From Octopus bimaculoides (lineage: Eukaryota), in contig NC_068988.1 in NCBI RefSeq assembly GCF_001194135.2, forward strand, positions 60,493,980 through 60,529,633: a stretch of 35,654 bases of DNA, in the 5' to 3' direction. A program made the translations under genes and the position numbers. The first letter of the stretch is position 1. Each line of letters opens with the position of its first letter. Below, piece by piece: positions 22,326 through 33,075 of the stretch. Below the pieces are notes generated by a model. It made no database searches. It worked only from the letters and a program-made list of their open reading frames with translations, and was not told where the DNA came from.

Positions 22326-22720
22326 ACCATAGGGTGACCTGCTGTGCTTGAGACCTATTGAGTCGAGTACATCAACATCAAAACGAAAATCAAATGGCAA
22401 TTGTAGTTGTGATACCCATGCCGGTGGTATGTAAAAAGCACCATCTGAACATGGCCGATGTCAGCGCCACCTTGACTGGCCTCCGTGCCAGTGGCATGTA
22501 AGAAGCACCAACCGATCATGGCCATTGCCAGCCTCCTCTGGCTCCTGTGCCGGTGGCACATAAAAAGCACCCACTACATTCACGGAGTGGTTGGTGTTAG
22601 GAAGGGCATCCAGCTGTAGAAACACTGCCAGATCAGACTGGAGCCTGGTGCAGCCTCCTGGCTTCCCAGACCCCAGTTGAACCGTCCAACCCATGCTAGC
22701 ATGGAAAACGGACATTAAAC

Positions 22721-22755
<35 letters not shown>
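22326..22755 (+). mobile_element. Longest family C copy (three internal ~65-bp units, (GAT)n tail)
   Basis: TGCCRGTGG..GTAARAAGCACC units at 22419, 22486 and 22548. Ends GCATGGAAAACGGACATTAAAC(GAT)n. Confidence 0.9.
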
Positions 22756-22756
<1 letters not shown>

Positions 22757-23100
22757 TGTAAAGGCCCAAAAGAGATATTTTAAAGCTTTTCTACTGTCAG
22801 CTCTCCACCTTTAATGACTTCTAATTCAGGCACAAGGCCAGCAGGTTTGAAGAGAGGGAGTTAGTTGATACCACAGATCTTGTTGCTTTATTGTATTGAC
22901 TCTAAGAAGCAAGAGGTAAAGTTGATGTCATAGAAAACCAGAACAAATATCACATGAAATTTTTTTCCGATGCTCTAATGATTTTATTCTGCCAGTCTAC
23001 CTCCCATTTGAAACAGATAATAATGCGAATGATTTAGTTTGGTCAAATGCTAATGGTACAACCACCATAAAAGAAATGGACAAAAATATTTTTAAAACAT

Positions 23101-23790
23101 AGGAGTGACTGTGTGGTAAGTAGCTTGCTTACCAACCACATGGCTCCGGGTTCAGTCCCACCGCGTGGCACCTTGGGCAAGTGTCTTCTACTATAGCCTC
23201 GGGCCGACTAAAACCTTGTGAGTGGATTTGGTAGACGGAAACTGAAAGAAGCCCGTCATATATATATATATATATNNNNNNNNNNNNNNNNNNNNNNNNN
23301 NNNNNNNNNNNNNNNNNNNNNNNNNNNNNNNNNNNNNNNNNNNNNNNNNNNNNNNNNNNNNNNNNNNNNNNNNNNNNNNNNNNNNNNNNNNNNNNNNNNN
23401 NNNNNNNNNNNNNNNNNNNNNNNNNNNNNNNNNNNNNNNNNNNNNNNNNNNNNNNNNNNNNNNNNNNNNNNNNNNNNNNNNNNNNNNNNNNNNNNNNNNN
23501 NNNNNNNNNNNNNNNNNNNNNNNNNNNNNNNNNNNNNNNNNNNNNNNNNNNNNNNNNNNNNNNTATATATATATAAATGTATGTGTGTGTGTTTGTCCCC
23601 CCAACATCGCTTGACAACCGATGCTGGTGTGTTTACGTCCCCGTAACCTAGTGGTTCGGCAAAAACAGACCGATAGAATAAGTACTAGGCTTCCCAAGAA
23701 TAAGTCCTGGGGTCAATTTGCGCGACTAAAGGCGGTGCTCCAGCATGGCTGCAATCAAATGACCGAAACAAGTAAAAGAGTAAAAGAGGG
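23101..23790 (+). mobile_element. Family A SINE (gap inside its microsatellite)
   Basis: Head 23101-23258, N gap 23276-23563, 3' half to (GTAAAAGA)2. Confidence 0.9.
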
Positions 23791-24073
23791 TAGTTGATAA
23801 AATAAAATACAAAGGAAATATTGGGATTGATTTCATATTCCTACAAAGCATTTTGATTTTTAAACAGGTGCATCAAGGTTTTGCATACTGTGAAGCATTT
23901 TCAAAAAAGGCTGGCAGCAGGAAGAGCAGCCAGCTGTAAAAGACTGCCTGACGAAAAACCCACATAACTCATCCAAGAAAAAAAAAAAAATCCTAAAACA
24001 ACAACAATGATGATGATGATGATGATGGTGACAACGACATGAATAACTGAATGAATTAAACCTCATCACTTAC

Positions 24074-24232
24074 CATTTGTAATTTTGTAATTTTGGGAGC
24101 CACAAGTGGACATTTTATAATGACAAGTTTGGACAGTTTGCGGAGCGAAATTTGGAACTTCTCTATATCAATGTTGAGCCGAGTACAGGAAATATTAAAG
24201 AGCTCTAAAACCTCAAGATTGTGACAGTTGAT
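24074..24232 (-). CDS. FBXL6: F-box/LRR protein exon (LRRs)
   Basis: 159 nt, phase 0 to 0, tttttcAG / GTAAGT. INCHNLEVLELFNISCTRLNIDIEKFQISLRKLSKLVIIKCPLVAPKITKLQM. Confidence 0.9.
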
Positions 24233-24451
24233 CTGAAAAAAAAGAAAATATATATATATATATATATACACATACATACATGAGCGTGTCTGTATGTATA
24301 TATCTCCTGCAAGTTAACATGAGATCCCTTGATAAAAATTTAACCTTCATTTAACTCCAAGCCTGGTCAGAGGTTTCAAGAATGAATGCCCCACAAAATC
24401 TCAACAGCCCATATCTATTGCCTCACCGTGTGCCTGCCAAACTCAATTTCT

Positions 24452-24684
24452 TATTTCTTTATTGCCCACAAGGGGCTAAACATAGATGGGACAAACAAGG
24501 ACAGACAAAGGGATTAAATCAATTACATCGATCCCAGTGTGTAAGTGGTACTTAATTTATCGACCATGAAAGGATGAAAGGCAAATTCGACCTCGGCGGA
24601 ATTTGAACTCAGAACGTAAAGACAGACGAAATACCGCTAGGCATTTCGCCCAGCGTGCTAATGTTTCTGCCAGCTCGCTGCCTT
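24452..24684 (-). mobile_element. Family F CORE-like SINE with TSD
   Basis: 11-bp TSD ACTCAATTTCT (24441-24451 / 24685-24695). B box GAGTTCAAATTCC. gcctttcatcc..gtcgataaattaagtacc resembles the CORE domain. Confidence 0.88.
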
Positions 24685-24827
24685 ACTCAATTTCTGCACT
24701 GCTCTACCAGATTAAGTCTACTATCCAAGTAGACTATGAGCCAAACATAATGCCACAAGGCATTTAGTCCAGCATTCTTACAGTTCAGTAAATTCACTAC
24801 AATGGTTCAGTACTTTCATATATTTTA

Positions 24828-25240
24828 GAAGCACAGCCATAGCTACGTGGTCAACCATGTAGTCTTGAGTTCAATCTCACAGTGTAGCACCTTGGGTAAA
24901 TGTCTTCTACTTTCATCCAGGTTAACAAAAATGCCAGAAGATTTAGTAGTTGGAAACTAGGAGCCTGTTGCATATATTTATGTGCATGTGTACCCTTGTC
25001 TTGACATCATATGATGGTAGTATATAAGCATCACCATCATACTAGCAATGTTGTTCATTTCTGGTCTTCCATGAAAAAGATGTCTGGTCATGAGGAAATA
25101 TTACCATGACTGGAAACAGCCTTCTGGCTTGTATGTGAGGGTTGGTGACTGAAGGGGCATTCAACTGTAAAATATCTGCTCCAACAAATTACATCTGATC
25201 CATTCAAGAAAGCGGAAGTGGATATTACATGATGATGATA
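24828..25240 (+). mobile_element. Family D SINE (degenerate)
   Basis: A-like head (gagttcaatctc..gcaccttgggtaaatgtcttctact) and RTE-type tail ending gtggatattacatgatgatgat. Confidence 0.65.
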
Positions 25241-25828
25241 ATTCCAAAAGGATAAAAAGCTGAGTTTTCTGTGATAACAAATATTAGAGCAAATCAAATG
25301 GTTGAAAGAGATAATAAACCTAGTCAAAAGCTTGTTAAACCTTTCAAAAGCCTAGAGTTGGTGGAAAAAATGTATTAAAATTAAAAAGAGTCATTTAAAA
25401 GCATTCAGTCCTCATTTAACACTTTTCCATGCTTGTATCGGTCAGACAGAATTTGTTGAAGCAATTTTTCTATGACTAAATGCTTTTCATGTCACCAAGG
25501 AAGTTAACATTTTCCTATATATACATGACAACCTCCTTTCAGTTTCTGTCTACTAAATTGGTTCATAAAGCTTTGGAGCTATAAAAAAAGGCATTTGTTC
25601 ATTTGTTACATATACTCTGCAGCTGGGGGAAAGTGTTTGTTGTTAAATAATAAAATCAACTTATTTTGCAGGTGCACTTTCCAGAACCCTGGTGGTCAGT
25701 GGGAAAAATTCATTTAAATAGAAGGAGTCATTGATAGCGAAATGGTTGGGAGCCAGTCTTTTAAGATGTCCCTTGATCTGCTAGAAAAAGCAGCCAAATC
25801 TCCTTCAAATCACAACATTCTGTCTTAA

Positions 25829-26035
25829 CCTGTTAATATATTCAGATTACTCTGTCAAAATCTAATGCATATTTATTCACAGTTTGAATGAATCATGCAG
25901 CCTTGAGATTTCAATGGTGTGAATATTTTTAGAAAGACATTGCAAGGTAGCTGTAAGAAGTGGGATCTGACCAGTTTGAATGCAAAGCAAGTAGAATATT
26001 TGGGCCAGATATAGCTGGGTTAAATGTGAAAAAAT
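25829..26035 (+). mobile_element. piggyBac-like MITE, degenerate copy of the 33241 family
   Basis: ttaacc..attactctgtcaaa..tatttattcaca..ggatctg.ccagt..gtagaatattt shared with 33241-33456. Confidence 0.65.
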
Positions 26036-26263
26036 TATATAAAAGACATGTGACCATCCCTCTATCATATCACTTGACTTATTAGAAGCAGCAGCTAAAA
26101 TTTCCCACAAATTACACATTTCTTTCTTAAATAAACAATACAATGGTCAGACAACATGCTAGGAGAGCTATGGTTGGAACCGATAAAATCACTACTACTA
26201 CTACTACTAGAATAAAAGTTTCCCTAATTTAAAAGAAAACAAATAGTTGGCAGCATTCCTTAC

Positions 26264-26392
26264 AAGTTGAGTATTGAACAACTCATTAATCTTCTGCTGT
26301 TGGACAGCAATTCCACCAAAAGTGAGATGAGTAAGGCTGTTGGATGAATATGTCAGAAGTGATTCTAATGGGACATGGTTTTTTTCAAGAGC
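26264..26392 (-). CDS. FBXL6: F-box/LRR protein exon (not in the ORF track)
   Basis: 129 nt, phase 0 to 0, tttccccAG / GTAAGG. ALEKNHVPLESLLTYSSNSLTHLTFGGIAVQQQKINELFNTQL. Fills the expected ~40-aa gap between the neighbouring exons. Confidence 0.85.
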
Positions 26393-26654
26393 CTGGGGAA
26401 ATAAAAGAACAGGATATTAAATACAAATTTCAATAATAGACAAAAAAATAAGAGTTAGAAAGAAATTCAGAAAGAAAACTTTATAAGGATCAGANNNNNN
26501 NNNNNNNNNNNNNNNNNNNNNNNNNNNNNNNNNNNNNNNNNNNNNNNNNNNNNNNNNNNNNNNNNNNNNNNNNNNNNNNNNNNNNNNNNNNNNNNNNNNN
26601 NNNNNNNNNNNNNNNNNNNNNNNNNNNNNNNNNNNNNNNNNNNNNNCAGATAAT

Positions 26655-26882
26655 TACATATAGAGACAGACAGACAAATAGAGGGAGAGAAAGATAGATG
26701 AGAGAGGAAGAGAGGCGAAAGAGGGAGGAGAGAGACAGAGAGTCAGTCAGAAACAGATAATCAGAGAGAGAGAGAGGAGAGAGAGAGAGAGAAAAAGAGA
26801 AAGAGAGAGAGGGAGCGAGAGAGAGGAGAGGAGGAGAGAGAGAGAAGAGAGAGAGAGGAGAGAGAGAGGAGAGAGAGAGAGG

Positions 26883-26920
<38 letters not shown>
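26655..26920. repeat. (AG)n-rich low-complexity purine tract
   Basis: Interrupted GA/GGA repeats next to an N gap. Confidence 0.95.
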
Positions 26921-27411
26921 AACGCATGACAGTATAATGGATGGAAAAGACATTCACCCATTGTCATTGTTGAGTTACACCCACTTTTTCTATACTGCCA
27001 TGGATGGGTTGGACAAGCTATTTTCATGCAGTATTCTCTGGCTGGGTGGTCAAACCTTATTTGTTTCCAAGTGAAGTACTTTATTCCACTAGTCTTTTAA
27101 CATATCAAGTTGCTAAGCCATGGGACACAAATGTTACCACAGCTAAAGCAGAATCAATAATACACATAGAAACACACATGATGATATGTAAGTGTATAAA
27201 CTGGTGTTTGTGTGTTTATGTCCCCATAACTTAGAGGTTCAGAAAAAGAGATTTCCGGAATAAATACCATGCTTCAAAAACAATAAGTACTAGGCTGATT
27301 CATTCAACTAAAAATTCTTCAAGGTGCTCCAGCATGGCCTCAGTCTAGTGAGTAAAACAAGTAAAAGATACAAGATGTATGGGTGTGTACACACACCCAC
27401 ACACACCCACA

Positions 27412-27627
27412 ATGAGTGCTGAAAAGTTCCTGGCTTTAAGGGTACCATAAAAAGCCTTGTAGGAGACCCAACCGTCCATGTTTTTTTATATAGCTTAGAA
27501 AAACTGAAGGACCATTCCAATGAGTGCATGAATCTAAGAGGGGAATACATTGAATAAAATCATAAGTAACTGATCCCCTTAAATTTTCTTTTACCCAAAT
27601 CCAGGATCTTTACAGCAGCCACTCATA
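27412..27627 (+). mobile_element. Internally deleted mariner (MITE-sized)
   Basis: Imperfect ~28-bp TIRs atgagtgctgaaaagttcctggcttt / aaatccaggatctttacagcagccactcat. Interior encodes the transposase C-terminus KLKDHSNECMNLRGEYIE*. Confidence 0.75.
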
Positions 27628-28360
27628 CATACATATATATATATATANNNNNNNNNNNNNNNNNNNNNNNNNNNNNNNNNNNNNNNNNNNNNNNNNNNNN
27701 NNNNNNNNNNNNNNNNNNNNNNNNNNNNNNNNNNNNNNNNNNNNNNNNNNNNNNNNNNNNNNNNNNNNNNNNNNNNNNNNNNNNNNNNNNNNNNNNNNNN
27801 NNNNNNNNNNNNNNNNNNNNNNNNNNNNNNNNNNNNNNNNNNNNNNNNNNNNNNNNNNNNNNNNNNNNNNNNNNNNNNNNNNNNNNNNNNNNNNNNNNNN
27901 NNNNNNNNNNNNNNNNNNNNNNNNNNNNNNNNNNNNNNNNNNNNNNNNNNNNNNNNNNNNNNNNNNNNNNNNNNNNNNNNNNNNNNNNNNNNNNNNNNNN
28001 NNNNNNNNNNNNNNNNNNNNNNNNNNNNNNNNNNNNNNNNNNNNNNNNNNNNNNNNNNNNNNNNNNNNNNNNNNNNNNNNNNNNNNNNNNNNNNNNNNNN
28101 NNNNNNNNNNNNNNNNNNNNNNNNNNNNNNNNNNNNNNNNNNNNNNNNNNNNNNNNNNNNNNNNNNNNNNNNNNNNNNNNNNNNNNNNNNNNNNNNNNNN
28201 NNNNNNNNNNNNNNNNNNNNNNNNNNNNNNNNNNNNNNNNNNNNNNNNNNNNNNNNNNNNNNNNNNNNNNNNNNNNNNNNNNNNNNNNNNNNNNNNNNNN
28301 NNNNNNNNNNNNNNNNAGTGCACTCAACACATTTATTGGGAGTTACATGTATGGATCAAA

Positions 28361-28394
<34 letters not shown>

Positions 28395-28398
<4 letters not shown>

Positions 28399-28585
28399 TT
28401 ATCACCAGTAAAACCAGTTTACAGAAATGTTCCATACTATCATGGATTAGATGGTGTGATTGGATCCAACAAGTCACAGGACTCTGTCAAGTGTAAGCTT
28501 TGGCATGGTTTCTATTGCTGGATACTCTTTCTAACACCAACCACTTTACAAGTGCACTGGGTGCTTTCTTTTTATGTGGCACCAG
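28395..28585 (-). mobile_element. Family C fragment (degenerate)
   Basis: ccatactatcatggattagatgg..ctggatactctttctaacaccaaccact..gtgctttc. Confidence 0.6.
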
Positions 28586-28967
28586 CATTAGTGACGTTAC
28601 CAAGTAACTTGCAAGGCAAGACCACCCAACTGAAGGCAGGGTGTAGCACTGACAGAGTTGGCTTTATGCCAGGTGATGAGAGATTTAAGTATGACAGAAA
28701 GACTGAAACAAGCATCTTGCAGTTAAGAACATACATGGTTACTCTAACTGGAAAAAGAGAGAACATGGTGAACAGAGTGTATATCTATGCATGTATGTGA
28801 AAACATTTATACATAAATATACAAAGATATTCAAACACAAACATCTACAGGAATATACACACAAAGTCACCCATACAAACACCCCACATCACACAGACAC
28901 ACATACATACACACATACGTAAGTGTGTTACATCTTATACACATATATAAAATTCAGAGGAACTTAC

Positions 28968-29102
28968 TTTGCAATCTAGAAGATTAATTGTAGAAAGTTT
29001 GGGGCAGTTCTGAGTTATAGCATCTATACCTTCGTTCTGTAGCTTTTTGGTGGTATTTGATATATCCAAGTTTTCTAAATTAGGGCAGTTGAGTGCAACA
29101 GC
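28968..29102 (-). CDS. FBXL6: F-box/LRR protein exon (LRRs)
   Basis: 135 nt, phase 0 to 0, ttttcacAG / GTAAGT. AVALNCPNLENLDISNTTKKLQNEGIDAITQNCPKLSTINLLDCK. Confidence 0.92.
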
Positions 29103-29329
29103 CTGTGAAAATGACCAAATGAAATGCACATTATAGCGAATAGTAACATATACTTGAAAGAAATCACTTATCTCTATTTTTTTTGTGCATGTATGCAAGT
29201 GCGTGTGGTTCAGCACACTCTTTAATATTGATGTAGACAACCTTTTTAAATGGAATTTGTTGAGGCAGACTTTCTACAACCAGATGCCTTTCCAGTTTCC
29301 AAGTAAAGTAATATTTTTCCAAATCGTAG

Positions 29330-29421
29330 GGTTGGTGTGAGAGGTCAGATCTGGCCAATTTAAGCATAAAACAGGTAGAATATTTTGGTCAGATCGAGTC
29401 AGTTAAATGCTAAATGGTTAA
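29330..29421 (+). mobile_element. piggyBac-like MITE right-end fragment
   Basis: ggtcagatctggcc..gtagaatattttgg..aaatgctaaatggTTAA. Confidence 0.55.
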
Positions 29422-29548
29422 ATAAATCAATAGGCCTGAAATATTTAAATATTTGCATGAATTGCTAAAATGATGATTTAATGATTAAACATTCTGTTAG
29501 AAGTCTAGCTATTACTACTAAACTGGAAGAAAAATAAATTAAATTTAC

Positions 29549-29738
29549 TCTTAGTCCTTCGGCACTTAGATTTTTCCATCCACTCAGGTTAAGAGACTTG
29601 CATTGTAGAAGACGGTTCTCACTGAGCCATTTCAAAGTGGAATCAACAGACTTTATCCAGCCATATGTAAGGTCAATGTTTTGCCAGAGTCTTGGGCACT
29701 TTGAAGCTTCATACCACATTCGACAAACTCGTGAAGCC
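29549..29738 (-). CDS. FBXL6: F-box/LRR protein exon (F-box end plus first LRR)
   Basis: 190 nt, phase 2 to 0, AG/GT bounded. ASRVCRMWYEASKCPRLWQNIDLTYGWIKSVDSTLKWLSENRLLQCKSLNLSGWKNLSAEGLR matches the recalled FBXL6 AARVCRRW..LW..LEWL..NR pattern. Confidence 0.92.
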
Positions 29739-29819
29739 CTGAAATGTAGAAAATGTCAATAGATTAAAGAACATAAAAAAAACAAAGAGCTTAAAGCATC
29801 TGGTAAAATACCTTATATT

Positions 29820-30005
29820 TGTTTTGGTCATTGGACAGCAGCCATGCTGGAGCACTACACTGAAGGGTTTAGCTGAAAACCTTTCAGAACAGTTTTTTAA
29901 GTCTGGCACTTACTTTACTGATCTCTTTTGCTGAACTACTAGGTTATGTGGATGTAAAGAAACCAACATGAGTTGTAAAGTGATGGTGGGGATGGACAAA
30001 AATTC
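29820..30005 (-). mobile_element. Family A 3' half (degenerate)
   Basis: gccatgctggagcact..gatctcttttgctgaac..gatgtaaagaaaccaac. Confidence 0.65.
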
Positions 30006-30054
30006 ACACACAGAGCTTTGTATAGTATACATACATACATATATATATATTTTT

Positions 30055-30237
30055 ATGTGCTGGTGGCACATAAAAAGCACCCATTACACTCTTGGAGTGG
30101 TTGGCATTAGTGAGGGCATCCAGCCATAGAAACCATGCCAAATCAGATTGGAACTTGATGCCGCTTTCTGGTTTACCAGCTCCAGTCAAACCACCAAACC
30201 CATGCCAGCATGGAAAGCAAACGCTAAATGATGATTA
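30055..30237 (+). mobile_element. Family C copy
   Basis: gtgctggtggcacataaaaagcaccc..gccagcatggaaagcaaacgctaaatgatgat. Confidence 0.85.
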
Positions 30238-30267
30238 TATATATATATATATCATCATCATCATATA

Positions 30268-30597
30268 TACCGCATTTGATGGCCTATAAGACACACCTTT
30301 TTTTAACCAAAATTGGCTTAAAAAATCCTCCTGCATCCAATGCACTCAATGTAAGCTCAAAACTCGCACAAAATGTTATGTTTATAAAACGTGTGCTGCC
30401 ATCTACTGATGAACAATTGCCTACGGTATGTTTATATCGAATGTGGAAGCAATAAATTGCTTATAATTACTGGTAATAATATAAAGTTATGCAGGTAAGT
30501 GGGGGAATTAAACCATTATTTTAGTGGTAATTTATTTTATAAAAGCATAGCCTAGGCTAGGGTGCATCCTATGCACTCATGCGTCTTATACAGTATA
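30268..30597. mobile_element. pogo/Tc2-type MITE
   Basis: Left TACCGCATTTGATGGCCTATAAGACACACC; right GGGTGCATCCTAT..GCGTCTTATACAGTA (partly deleted). Confidence 0.6.
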
Positions 30598-30599
30598 TA

Positions 30600-31866
30600 T
30601 TGGGTTGGCAAGAAAGTAATTTCAGTTTTTTAGTGTGAAATAAAAGTTTTTTTTGTCATACAAAGAATGGACTTTAATCAATTATATTTTTCCATTTTGT
30701 TTGATGACCTAGTGCCATCTTTCTGGCAACTTTATGATTCTGCACTCATACAACTTCTGGTCCTTATCATCCAAAAACTGAAGCAAGTGCGATTTCGGGT
30801 CATCATCATTATTGAAAGTTTTAGCATTCAAAGAATTTTGCAAACTTTGAAATAAATGGTAATCTGATAGTGCAAGGTCAGGGCTATTTGGTGGATGTAA
30901 CTTCACTTCCCAACCAAGCTCCAATAATTTTTCACAAATTAGCAAAGACCTGTGTTGTCTAGCGCTGTCTTAATGGAACACAATTCCTTTACGATTTGCC
31001 AACTACAGTCATTTTTCTTTGAATGCTTCCTCCAGTTTCATTAGTTGTTGACAGTAAATATCTGAATTTGATCGTTTGGTTCCTTGGAAACAAAATACAT
31101 AACACCTTTGTAATCCCACCAAATTGACAGCGTGACCTTTTTTTGATGCAATTCAACTTTCCATGTGGTTTGTGCTGGTTCATTACGCTTGGACCATGGT
31201 CGTTTTTGATTGATGTTATTGTAGACAATCTATTTTCATTACCAGTGATGATACCTTTAAAAAAAAAGGTCAATTTCATTGCATTTGAGATACATATCAC
31301 AAATATTGATTCATTGTGTTAAGTGAATCTATTTCAATTTATGTGGAACCCAAATATCGAGCTTTTTAATGAGTCCAAGACATTTTAAGTGATTTTCAAT
31401 CATTGTGTGTGATACCTCTGCAATCTCTCGCATAGTTATGACAATCAAATTCAATTACGGCTTTGATTTGGTCATCATCAACTTCAGTAGGTCAACAAGA
31501 ACATAAGTCAACTTTGAGTGAAAATTCTCCAGAATGGAATTTTTTAAACCATTTCTGACATGTGCGTTCTGTTAAGCAATCAACACCATAAACTTCACAT
31601 ATCACTTTGTGAGCCTCAGCAGTTTTCTTGCCTTTATGGAAATAAAAAAAGCAAAATACGGCAAAAATGATCGTTTTTGCACTTCATGTTAAAATTGACA
31701 CTGAACAAACAACTGTAAACAAAATTACGTGCAATTTGATTCAAAAGTAAGCTAAGAGTAACGGCTATCAAATGTCAAAAGGAAAAAATCATAAAATTGA
31801 CAAAAGTCATACAAAACAATCATAACTCTATTTGCGAGAAACGAAATTACTTTCTTGCCAACCTAA
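30600..31866 (-). mobile_element. Hsmar1/cecropia-like mariner, full length, defective
   Basis: TIRs TTGGGTTGGCAAGAAAGTAATTTC / TTAGGTTGGCAAGAAAGTAATTTC; TA at 30598-30599; 1267 bp. Confidence 0.93.
30674..31687 (-). pseudogene. Mariner transposase pseudogene
   Basis: MKCKNDHFCRILLF.., WVPHKL (~31345), ITGNEN (first Asp lost), H*DSARQH, HPPNSPDLALSDYHLF, ERWH*VIKQNGKY. Confidence 0.9.
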
Positions 31867-31867
31867 T

Positions 31868-32008
31868 CATCATCATCAACATCATTTAACGTCTGCTTTC
31901 CATACTAGCATGGGTTGGATGATTTGACTGAGGACTGGTGAACCAGATGGCTACACCAGGCTCCAATCTGATTTGTAGCCATCTGGTTCACCAGTCCTCA
32001 GTCAAATC
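31868..32008 (-). mobile_element. Family C 3' fragment with a 35-bp fold-back duplication
   Basis: Perfect inverted repeat 31921-31955 / 31974-32008. Confidence 0.88.
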
Positions 32009-32031
32009 GCCAATATATATATATAAATATT

Positions 32032-32186
32032 AAGTAAAGACTATTTGCCAACATAATGTGGCTGTCCTGGATGGGATGATTAGCTGGTTATACAACACAA
32101 TAACATATAGCCGTTTCCTGGGGCTAAACAACAGTAACAATCGTCCTATCCAGGACAGCCACATTATGTTGGCAAAGTCTTTACTT
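32032..32186. mobile_element. 155-bp hairpin/MITE-like element with ~50-bp near-perfect arms
   Basis: AAGTAAAGACT(A)TTTGCCAACATAATGTGGCTGTCCTGGAT(G/A)GGA(T/C)GATT inverted; TTAA on both flanks. Confidence 0.75.
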
Positions 32187-32553
32187 TAAAGAACTGTTAT
32201 TGAAAATCTCTCTTTGACAGATTTAGAAATAACATTTCTATTTATATATATATAACATATATATAATGTACATTTCTATATATACACATACATATGTACA
32301 TATACTGCTTTTTCTTCACATATTACCCAAAGCCCCTTCAGTTTTATTACATTTCATAACACTATATATTGTCTTTATACCTTTTATCCTGACCTTGTAC
32401 CTGTTTTTATGTTATTTCTTGTTCATACCAATTACACTGTTTTCTTCATTGCTTGTTCTATTTTCTCTTTTTACACACCGCCCTCTCAGCTATATCACAC
32501 TCACCCATATTCACCTTTCTTCCCCAACACCTCTTGAATATACTTATGTATAT

Positions 32554-32922
32554 AGGAGTGGCTGTGTGGTAAGTAGCTTGCTTACCAACCACATGGTTCT
32601 GGATTCTCATCCCACTGCGTGGCACCTCGGGCAAGCGTCTTCTGCTATAGCCTCAGGCCGACCAAAGCCTTGTGAGTGGATTTGGTAGACAGAAACTGAA
32701 AGACGCTTGTCATATATATGTGTGTGCCTGTGTTTGTCCCACCACCATTGCTTGACAACCAATGTTGGTGTGTTTATGTCCCGAAATAGAGCAGTTTGGC
32801 AAAAGAGACCGAGAGAATAAGTACTAGGCTTAAAAAGAATAAATCCCAGGGTCACTTTGTTCAACTAAAGGCAGTGCTCCAGCATGGCCGCAGTCAAATG
32901 ACTGAAACAAACAAATAAAAGA
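32554..32922 (+). mobile_element. Family A SINE
   Basis: Colinear with 6171-6582. Confidence 0.9.
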
Positions 32923-33075
32923 ATATACAGATATATTTAAATATTGATTGACAGTCAGTAAGTGTGTTCACAAGTTAATCCAGACTTGAAGGTTTGGCAA
33001 TGTTAAAACAAATGAAAAAAAGTAGACAAAAAATTAAAAAGGGAACAGTGTTCTGGTAAAGTTTCTTTTGCTTAC

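Noticed and set aside
22419-22580. Repeat-spacer-like periodicity suggestive of CRISPR
   Set aside because: Eukaryotic context, only three degenerate units, related spacers, and part of a dispersed retroposon.
25877-26143. 88-aa minus-strand ORF with HLTQLYLAQ as a possible extra LRR exon
   Set aside because: It overlaps the piggyBac-like MITE antisense; the FBXL6 frame is already complete via 26264-26392.
8578-28330. Long ORF-track entries full of X, and THTH, poly-His, SLSL or YIYI ORFs
   Set aside because: Artefacts of N gaps and microsatellites.
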